Origin: Deltaproteobacteria bacterium
GTDB taxonomy: Bacteria; Myxococcota_A; UBA9160; SMWR01
Direction of reading: 5' to 3'
Length of the DNA: 64,000 bases
NCBI GenBank assembly: GCA_031405455.1
Contig: JANNIY010000058.1
Span: forward strand, 13,517 to 77,516
Part shown: positions 57,750-64,000 of the stretch, piece by piece
How positions within the stretch are numbered: position 1 is the stretch's first letter
How the letters are laid out: each line of letters opens with the position of its first letter
Position numbers and translations under genes: made by a program
The notes under the pieces: model-generated
What the model was told of the DNA's origin: nothing
Databases searched by the model: none
What the model saw: the letters and a program-made list of their open reading frames with translations, nothing else

Positions 57750-57935
57750 TCAGAAGAGCGCGTAGATGAACGGCGCTACCGCGGAGCCTTCCGTCAGCAC
57801 GATCAGGACCGAGAGCAGCAGCATCGTGACCACGATCGGCCCGAGCCACCACTTCTTCCGAATCTTCATGAACGACCAGAGCTCGTTGAAGATCGTGAAC
57901 TTGGCGAAAAAACCACTCGAAGAACGCGCCATCAT
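57750..57935 (-). CDS. small membrane protein, DUF5989-like
   Basis: 61 aa. The KIRKKWWLGPIVVTMLLLSVLIVLTEG pattern is the one I associate with the DUF5989 mini-proteins that accompany NodU-type carbamoyltransferases. Confidence 0.7.
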   Translation of the reverse strand: MMARSSSGFFAKFTIFNELWSFMKIRKKWWLGPIVVTMLLLSVLIVLTEGSAVAPFIYALF

Positions 57936-57993
57936 CTTCTCCTCGCCTCGCCGGGGGGCGGCGGGCCGTTTGCTGCGCCCCTGCGGCGCGGTT

Positions 57994-59733
57994 TCAGTCG
58001 AGCTGGTAGCGCTCGCGCCAGTCGAAGTTTTCCTCGAACTTGGGCTGCTCGGGCTTGAGCAGGATCTGGTTGCCGAGCACGAGCACGTCCAATTCCGTGC
58101 GCATGAAGCACAGATAGGCGTCCTCGGGCGAGCACACGATCGGCTCGCCGCGCACGTTGAACGACGTGTTGATGATCACGGGACAGCCCGTCTGCCGATC
58201 GAACTCGCGGATCAGGTCGTAGAACTCGGCGTGCGAGTCGCGGGTCACGGTTTGGATCCGCGCCGAGCCGTCCACGTGCGTGACCGCCGGGATCTCGCGG
58301 CCCTCCCGCACCTGGCAGACGAGCAGCATGTAGGGGCTCTCGCGGTCGATGTCGAACCACTCGGAAGCCTTCTCCGCGAGCACGGCGGGTGCAAACGGCC
58401 GGAAGCTCTCCCGGAACTTGATCTTCAGGTTCACGCGCTTCCAGTTCTCGCGATTGCGCGCGTCGGCCAGGATGCTGCGGCTGCCGAGCGAGCGCGGGCC
58501 CCACTCCATGCGCCCCTGGAACCAACCGACGACGGCCTGTTCCTCGCCCAGCTGGCGAGCGGTTTCGCGGATCATCTCGTCGCGCGACAGCGTGCGGTAG
58601 CGCGCGCCGCGGGCATCGAGGAAGCCGCGAATCGCCTCATCCGAGTAGGCCGGCCCCCAATAGGCGTGATCCATGCGGAAGGCGCGGGGCTTGCCGAGCA
58701 CCGCGTTGTGGGCGAAGAGCGCGGCGCCGAGCGCCCCGCCCGCGTCGCCGGCGGCGGGCTGCACCCAGAGATTCTCGAACGGGCCCTCACGCACGATGCG
58801 CCCGTTCGCGACGCAATTGAGCGCCACGCCGCCCGCCATGCAGAGATTCTTCATTCCGGTCTTCCGGTGGAGATCGCGGACCATGCTCAACACGATCTCT
58901 TCGGTGACGTGCTGGACGCTCGCGGCCATGTCCCAGTGGAACTCGTCCATCTTGCTCTCGCCATCGCGGCGCGGGTGGCCGAACAGCTTCGCGAAACGCG
59001 CGTTCGTCATGGTGAGGCCGTAGTCGTACGCGAAGTATTTCATGTTCAGCTTGAACGATCCGTCCGCGCGCAGATCGACGAGTTCTTCCAGGATCTTCGC
59101 TGCGTACTTCGGCTTTCCATAGGGCGCTGCGCCCATCACCTTGTATTCGGCGCTGTTGACCTTGAAGCCCAGATAGTAGGTGAAGGCGCTGTAGAGCAGC
59201 CCGAGCGAGTGGGGGAAGCGGATCTCGTTCGTCAGCTCGAAGGAGTTGCCGCGTCCGACGCCCTGGGTCGTGGTCGCCCATTCGCCGACGCCGTCGCAGG
59301 TGAGGATCGCAGCCTCTTCGAACGGCGAGGGCAGGAACGCCGAGGCAGCATGTGATTGGTGGTGTTCGGCAAAGAGCACTTCGCCCTCGAAGCCGAGCTT
59401 GTCGCGGATCTGGTTCGGGACCCAGAGCTTCTCCTTGAGCCACACCGGGATCGCCTTCGTGAAGGACGGCAGCGAGCGCGGAAAGGTCGCGAGGTAGGTG
59501 ATCAGCATGCGCTCGAGCTTGATGAACGGCTTGTCGTAGAACACGACGTAGTCGAGGTCGCCGACCGCGAGTCCGGCTGCTTCCAGGCAGTACTTTGTCG
59601 CCTGCGCCGGTAGGTCGGGATCGTGGCGCTTGCGCGTGAAACGCTCTTCGTGGGCCGCCGCGACGAGCTTGCCGTCGCACAGCAATGCGGCCGCCGAATC
59701 GTGATAGAAACCCGAGATGCCGAGGATGTTCAT
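57994..59733 (-). CDS. carbamoyltransferase (NodU/CmcH family)
   Basis: MNILGISGFYHDSAAALLCDGKLVAAAHEERFTRKRHD, FAEHHQSHAASAF, MAGGVALNCVAN and a C-terminal YrdC-like/Kae1-like carbamoyl-AMP domain (NTSFNVRGEPIVCSP). Confidence 0.93.
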   Translation of the reverse strand: MNILGISGFYHDSAAALLCDGKLVAAAHEERFTRKRHDPDLPAQATKYCLEAAGLAVGDLDYVVFYDKPFIKLERMLITYLATFPRSLPSFTKAIPVWLKEKLWVPNQIRDKLGFEGEVLFAEHHQSHAASAFLPSPFEEAAILTCDGVGEWATTTQGVGRGNSFELTNEIRFPHSLGLLYSAFTYYLGFKVNSAEYKVMGAAPYGKPKYAAKILEELVDLRADGSFKLNMKYFAYDYGLTMTNARFAKLFGHPRRDGESKMDEFHWDMAASVQHVTEEIVLSMVRDLHRKTGMKNLCMAGGVALNCVANGRIVREGPFENLWVQPAAGDAGGALGAALFAHNAVLGKPRAFRMDHAYWGPAYSDEAIRGFLDARGARYRTLSRDEMIRETARQLGEEQAVVGWFQGRMEWGPRSLGSRSILADARNRENWKRVNLKIKFRESFRPFAPAVLAEKASEWFDIDRESPYMLLVCQVREGREIPAVTHVDGSARIQTVTRDSHAEFYDLIREFDRQTGCPVIINTSFNVRGEPIVCSPEDAYLCFMRTELDVLVLGNQILLKPEQPKFEENFDWRERYQLD

Positions 59734-59761
59734 CGCTTCGCTCCGATTGCGCAGCGGCCGT

Positions 59762-60010
59762 CTAGGTGGAGAGCTTCGCGCGGTCGAGATCGGGTTTCGC
59801 AGAATCTGAAGTGACCCAGGCGCTCGAGTCCTCGCGCAAACCGCGCTTGTGGAGGAGATCCAGCCGCGCCAAGCTGCCGCCGAGCGCGATCGGTCCGATC
59901 AGGAAGAAATAGAACAGCGCCAGGATCACCAGGGTCTGCACGAAGCCAAAGCGCGCCGTGATCAGCATCCAGCCCCGGAACAAACGCTTGTGCGGCGAGA
60001 GCCGTTCCAT
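59762..60010 (-). CDS. SxtJ-family small membrane protein, copy 1
   Basis: 82 aa: MERLSPHKRLFRGWMLITARFGFVQTLVILALFYFFLIGPIAL. GAGGAAG lies upstream. The longer track ORF 59762..60520 is read-through of shadow. Confidence 0.75.
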   Translation of the reverse strand: MERLSPHKRLFRGWMLITARFGFVQTLVILALFYFFLIGPIALGGSLARLDLLHKRGLREDSSAWVTSDSAKPDLDRAKLST

Positions 60011-60021
60011 CGTCTTCCTCG

Positions 60022-60273
60022 TCAGCCTGTCGCGAGCTTCGCACGCTCGAGGTCGGGTTTCGCAGAATCTGATGTGACCCAGGCGCTCGCGCCCGCGCGC
60101 AGTCCGCGCTTGTCGAGGAAGTCGACCCTGGCGAGGGCGCTGCCGAGTGCGATGGGTCCGATCAACAATAGGTAGAACAGCGTTAGGATCACCAGGGTCT
60201 GCACGAAGCCAAAGCGCGCCGTGATCAGCATCCAGCCCCGGAACAATCGCATGTGCGGCGAGAGCCGTTCCAT
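60022..60273 (-). CDS. SxtJ-family small membrane protein, copy 2
   Basis: 83 aa, 68/82 identical to copy 1 in my hand alignment. AGGGGAAG lies upstream of the ATG. Confidence 0.75.
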   Translation of the reverse strand: MERLSPHMRLFRGWMLITARFGFVQTLVILTLFYLLLIGPIALGSALARVDFLDKRGLRAGASAWVTSDSAKPDLERAKLATG

Positions 60274-60468
60274 CGTCGCTTCCCCTTGACCTCTTGGCGC
60301 CCCGCGCTGCGTCAGCCCGGCTCGCGCATGCTCTTCTCGGCAGTCTTCCGATCCAGAGATAATGGAGGGGCGCTAGAGAGTTCCGGTTCCGTCCCGGAGA
60401 TCCTTGCTGCAGCCCTTCCGCTCTTCTGGGAGGGATCGCACCCATCCAGACCGACGAGCCCGACCAGG

Positions 60469-60484
60469 TGCGAGAAGCATGCCA
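60469..60484 (-). promoter_or_regulatory. candidate sigma-54 (-24/-12) promoter facing the sxtJ-carbamoyltransferase-exosortase operon
   Basis: The minus strand reads TGGCATGCTTCTCGCA, with GG-N10-GC spacing and 12/16 matches to TGGCACG-N4-TTGCW. It lies about 195 bp upstream of the ATG at 60273. Confidence 0.5.
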
Positions 60485-60565
60485 CGCGCCGCGATAGGGG
60501 TTTGCCAGCCTCCTCCCCACGCAGAAACCCTCGGATTATCGCGTGGTCGAAGCGAAAATGGAAGT

Positions 60566-60590
60566 TGAACGGAAAAGTCGGGTCCGTTCA
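60566..60590. promoter_or_regulatory. perfect 8-N9-8 palindrome, candidate enhancer (UAS) between the divergent sigma-54 promoters
   Basis: TGAACGGA-aaagtcggg-TCCGTTCA. It lies about 80-105 bp from the minus-strand promoter element and about 105-130 bp from the plus-strand one. Confidence 0.4.
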
Positions 60591-60694
60591 GGGAACAAAT
60601 CTTCCTATCAGTCAATCTACTTCCTATTCACGGAAGACTATTACACACTACGAAGGCGCCCCGCTCCCGGCCCGGCTGGGAAGCTTCGCAGCGC

Positions 60695-60710
60695 TGGCAA
60701 GGAAATTGCT
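60695..60710 (+). promoter_or_regulatory. candidate sigma-54 (-24/-12) promoter upstream of the second sigma-54 activator gene
   Basis: TGGCAAGGAAATTGCT gives exact GG-N10-GC spacing, TGGCA at -24 and TTGCT at -12. It lies 50-70 nt upstream of the ATG candidates at 60761 and 60779. Confidence 0.6.
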
Positions 60711-60760
60711 CAACGAGGTCCGAGTATTCCTCCTTTGGGAGGGAATCGCCTCAGCAACTG

Positions 60761-62227
60761 ATGGAGCAGGGATCGTCGATGCAAACTGAGAAAGAACAAC
60801 GGCGCGCACTGGACCGCTTCCGCGTGCTCGTGATCGACGACGACCCGGGCGTGCGCGACTACATGGAGGCCTTGGTGTCTCGCCAGGGCTACGAAGTCTT
60901 CGCCGTCGCCGATGGCGAGCAGGCGCTCGCCTCGCTCGACGAAACCAAGCCCGATCTCGTCACGCTCGACGTCGTGCTGCCCGGCATGGACGGTCTCGCG
61001 ACGCTCAGTGCGCTGAAGCAGCGCTTGCCCGAGGTGCCGGTCGTGATGCTCTCGGGCCACGGTCAGGCGCGCAACATCGTCGAGGCCATGCGCCTGGGCG
61101 CCTCGGACTTCCTGCGCAAGCCGTTCGAAGTCGAGGAACTCGAGCTGGCCTTCCAGAAGGCGCTCGAAAAGCGCGCGCTCAAACAGGAAGTCGAGCGCCT
61201 GCGCGGCCGGGCGCGCTCCGAGACCGAGCTGCTGCTGCTGTGCGGGGACAACCCGAAGATGAAGGAGGTTCGCGACATCATCGAGCAGGTCGCCGACACC
61301 GACATCACGGTGCTCGTGCGCGGCGAGAGCGGGACGGGCAAGGAACTCGTCGCCCGCACGCTGTTCCAGCTCTCGGGCCGCAACAATCAACCCTTCGTCA
61401 AGGTGAACTGTGCAGCCCTGCCGTCGGAGCTGCTCGAGAGCGAGCTATTCGGGTTCGAGAAGGGCGCGTTCACGGGAGCGCTGAAGCGCAAACTCGGCAA
61501 GTTCGAGTACGCGAACATGGGCACGATCTTCCTCGACGAGATCAGTGAGATGCACCCCGGCCTGCAAGCGAAGCTGTTGCAGGTGCTCCAGGACGGCGAA
61601 TTCTCGCGGCTGGGCGGGGAGGCCGACGTGCATGTCGACACGCGCATCATCGCCGCGACCAACCGCAACCTGGAGGAAGCCGTTGCGGACGGCAGTTTCC
61701 GCGAGGACCTCTACTACCGGCTGAACGTCGTCACCGTGCACGTCCCCCCGCTGCGCGAACGCAGCGACGAGATCCCGCTGCTGGTCGACCATTTCCTGCG
61801 CAAGAACAACGAGCAGTACCACAAGAGCCTGAAGGCCCTGACGTCGTCCACCATGAACATCTTCCTCCAGTACAGCTGGCCCGGAAACGTCCGCGAACTC
61901 GAGAACATGGTCCGGCGCATGGTGGTGCTCGGGAACGAGCAGGCGGTGCTCGAAGAAATCGCCTTGCGCGCCGGCGCCGACAGCAAGGCGGCGGCGGCCA
62001 GCCAGGAGCTCGAAGTCGACACTTTGGGCGCAGATCTCGCGAAGGGCGAAGCGATAGATCTCAAGGCGGTCTCGCGACGTGCCGCTCAAGTTGCCGAGAA
62101 GCGAGTGATCGAGCGCGTGCTCCAGCAGACCCGGTGGAACCGCAAGGAGGCCGCTGAGCGACTCAAGATCAGCTACAAGGCCCTCCTCTACAAAATGAAG
62201 GAGAACGGGCTCTCCGAAGGGCGCTAG
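60761..62227 (+). CDS. sigma-54-dependent response regulator (NtrC/bEBP family), paralog of 19183..20643
   Basis: REC domain (VLVIDDDPG...TLDVVLPG...KPF), Walker A GESGTGKE, GAFTGA, and a Fis-type HTH (NRKEAAERLKISYKALLYKMK). The second ATG, at 60779, has the better Shine-Dalgarno sequence (AGGGA). Confidence 0.92.
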   Translation: MEQGSSMQTEKEQRRALDRFRVLVIDDDPGVRDYMEALVSRQGYEVFAVADGEQALASLDETKPDLVTLDVVLPGMDGLATLSALKQRLPEVPVVMLSGHGQARNIVEAMRLGASDFLRKPFEVEELELAFQKALEKRALKQEVERLRGRARSETELLLLCGDNPKMKEVRDIIEQVADTDITVLVRGESGTGKELVARTLFQLSGRNNQPFVKVNCAALPSELLESELFGFEKGAFTGALKRKLGKFEYANMGTIFLDEISEMHPGLQAKLLQVLQDGEFSRLGGEADVHVDTRIIAATNRNLEEAVADGSFREDLYYRLNVVTVHVPPLRERSDEIPLLVDHFLRKNNEQYHKSLKALTSSTMNIFLQYSWPGNVRELENMVRRMVVLGNEQAVLEEIALRAGADSKAAAASQELEVDTLGADLAKGEAIDLKAVSRRAAQVAEKRVIERVLQQTRWNRKEAAERLKISYKALLYKMKENGLSEGR

Positions 62228-62284
62228 CGGCCGGCGTTCGGCTGTCAGGCAACCTCTAGTAGCGCTCGTCGAACGGGACCAGCG

Positions 62285-62893
62285 ATGCAGCTTCTCAAGA
62301 GATCGGCGGGTTGCCTTCTGGGGCTCGCTCTATGCGGGTCGTGGCTGGCGTGTGCAGGGCGCTCCCTTTCGCCGCCGCCGTCGGATCCGAAGCCGATGGA
62401 GCGCCCCCCGTACGTGATCGGAGCGACCGACATGCTCCAGATCGTGGTGTGGAAGAACGAGGAGCTCTCGGTGCGCGTGCCGGTGCGGCCGGATGGGAAG
62501 ATTTCCATGCCGCTGCTCGATGACGTGCAGGCGGAGGGCCTGACGCCCGTCGAGTTGAAAGAGGTGCTGACCCGCGAGCTGGCGGAGTTCGTGACCGCCC
62601 CGGACGTCGGGGTGATCGTGCTCGAAATGAACAGCCAGTTCGTTTCGGTCGTGGGCGAGGTCGGGCGCAACGCGCAGATCACGTTGACGAAGGATCTGCG
62701 GGTGCTCGAAGCCATCGCCGCGGTGGGGGGATTCAACACCTTCGCGGACAAAGGGGACATCCGAATCGTGCGGCGTCGAGCCGATGGAGGCGAAGCGGAG
62801 TTCGCCTTCGATTACACGGCCTACATCAAGGGCAAGGCTCCGGGCACCAACATCGTGCTGCAGAACGGCGACACGATCATCGTGCACGACTGA
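62285..62893 (+). CDS. polysaccharide export lipoprotein (Wza/EpsA-like, short form)
   Basis: Lipobox LALCGSWLAC, the Poly_export motif YVIGATDMLQIVVW and PVRPDGKISMPLLDDVQAEGLT, then a single SLBB-like domain. Confidence 0.85.
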   Translation: MQLLKRSAGCLLGLALCGSWLACAGRSLSPPPSDPKPMERPPYVIGATDMLQIVVWKNEELSVRVPVRPDGKISMPLLDDVQAEGLTPVELKEVLTRELAEFVTAPDVGVIVLEMNSQFVSVVGEVGRNAQITLTKDLRVLEAIAAVGGFNTFADKGDIRIVRRRADGGEAEFAFDYTAYIKGKAPGTNIVLQNGDTIIVHD

Positions 62894-62922
62894 GGAGCCG
62901 AGGCCTGATTCTGGGGGTGGGG

Positions 62923-64000
62923 ATGCGCGCGGTGCGAAAATACGTGTTGCTGGGATTGTTGTTCCCCGGGCTCGCCTGGGGGGCAGATGTGCGATTGTCG
63001 ATCGGCGGCTCGGTGGAATACGACGACAACATCACGCGCAGTGAAGACAACCGGGACGACGACGTCGTCTTCCGCGTGACGCCGCGGGTCCAGCTGGTCG
63101 AGGACCGCGAGAAGCTCAACTATTCGGTCGGCTACGCCGTGCCCTATGAAGTCGGCGTGACGAGCAGCGAGATCAACGATCTGAACCAGCTCGCGGATGC
63201 GAGCGTTCGCTACCGCATGACCCCGCAAACGGAGATCTTCGCCAATGACGCCTTCTTCTACGTCCGCGGCCTGTTCAGCCAGCAGCAGAACCTGACGGAT
63301 CCCACCCTGGGCGACGTGGGGGACGATCGCGCTCGCGTGCTCCAGAACGACGTTTCCGTGGGCGTTCGGCATCAGTTCACGCCGCGCCTGTCCGGAAGCC
63401 TGCTCGTGAACAATGGCGTCTACGACACCAACCAGTTTGCGCGTGCCAATGTTCTCAGCTTCGGGACGACCGCGAGCTCCGAGTATCAACTCACGCCGCA
63501 TCATCAGGTCGGCGGAGGCTTCAGCTTCTCGCGCCAGTCGTTCGAGGACACCTTCAACCGACCCCAGAGCGAAACCGACTACTACAACATCTTCGGATCC
63601 TGGCAGTGGTTGTTCGACGAGACTACCTCCTTCAACATCCGGGTCGGCCCGGCGCTGATCAACTCGAACCAGGATGCCGCGCCGGCGACGGTGTCGCAGC
63701 AGACGATTCCGTTCACGCAAAACGATGACGGCTCGGTCGTGGTATTCGCGAACAATCCGGGGGGGACTTGTCCGACAATGGAGGGCAAGCTCATGGGCGT
63801 GCCGACGGACTACACGGTTCTGCGCGACAACGCGGGAAACACGTGCCCGCAGATCCTGATTCCTGCGTCGAATGTCGCCGCGGTCAGTTACATCACGAGC
63901 CCGGGGACAAACCCCGTGGCGCCGATCCCGTACGTCGAGGCGCCGGAGAGCGTCGCTTCCACCCGCATCACCTACTTCGCGAGCGCGAGCTTGACCAAGC
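62923..64000 (+). CDS. outer-membrane beta-barrel protein of EPS/exosortase loci (3' end outside the window)
   Basis: Not in the ORF track. My translation from ATG 62923 is open to the window end. It has a signal peptide (MRAVRKYVLLGLLFPGLAWGADV) followed by alternating-polarity strands rich in Y/F/N/D/G (LSIGGSVEYDDNITR, YSVGYAVPYEVG and GGGFSFSRQSF). Confidence 0.7.
   Translation, partial: MRAVRKYVLLGLLFPGLAWGADVRLSIGGSVEYDDNITRSEDNRDDDVVFRVTPRVQLVEDREKLNYSVGYAVPYEVGVTSSEINDLNQLADASVRYRMTPQTEIFANDAFFYVRGLFSQQQNLTDPTLGDVGDDRARVLQNDVSVGVRHQFTPRLSGSLLVNNGVYDTNQFARANVLSFGTTASSEYQLTPHHQVGGGFSFSRQSFEDTFNRPQSETDYYNIFGSWQWLFDETTSFNIRVGPALINSNQDAAPATVSQQTIPFTQNDDGSVVVFANNPGGTCPTMEGKLMGVPTDYTVLRDNAGNTCPQILIPASNVAAVSYITSPGTNPVAPIPYVEAPESVASTRITYFASASLTK

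Larger units (their letters stand above)
59762..60273. repeat. tandem gene duplication (period about 260 bp) of the sxtJ-like gene
   Basis: Tracts 59922-60010 and 60185-60273 are 87/89 nt identical, while the 3' halves of the two genes are clearly more diverged. Confidence 0.85.

Overview
This is a 64-kb, roughly 70% G+C bacterial chromosomal window. I found no rRNA, tRNA, CRISPR array, transposase or integrase. All calls come from reading the supplied translations and the DNA by eye; no homology search was possible.

Positions 1-16.3 kb are housekeeping. They hold alr (partial), purH, purD, tsaC, DUF1015, DUF721, the rpsP-KH-rimM-trmD-rplS operon, yraN, mtnP-apt-mtnA, rsmI and ligA. One low-GC acyltransferase gene sits between rsmI and ligA.

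Positions 16.6-64 kb form one large surface-polysaccharide locus. A PAS histidine kinase plus a sigma-54 activator lie near its left end, after an SGNH hydrolase gene, and a paralogous sigma-54 activator lies near the right end. Contents in order:
- a heparinase II/III-GT4-WecB cassette
- an incomplete glycero-manno-heptose module (gmhB, SDR, hddA-like, gmhA, manA)
- a Wzx-type flippase, several GT4 glycosyltransferases, asparagine synthase and methyltransferases
- a block that looks like a polyprenyl-phosphate-sugar donor pathway (GMC flavoprotein, SDR, GT2, methyltransferase, GT-C membrane transferase)
- a ten-gene minus-strand operon in which an exosortase and EpsI lie between a carbamoyltransferase/SxtJ/DUF5989 triad and an adenylate-forming ligase, DUF362, a bi-domain oxidoreductase and a Wzy/O-antigen-ligase-like protein

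That operon appears to be driven from a 487-bp low-GC intergenic region. The region carries divergent sigma-54 promoter-like elements flanking an 8-N9-8 palindrome.

The window ends with a Wza-like export lipoprotein and a beta-barrel protein gene that is absent from the ORF track because it runs off the edge.

Many long Arg/Ala/Pro-rich ORFs in the track are antisense or out-of-frame shadows typical of high-GC DNA, and I did not call them.
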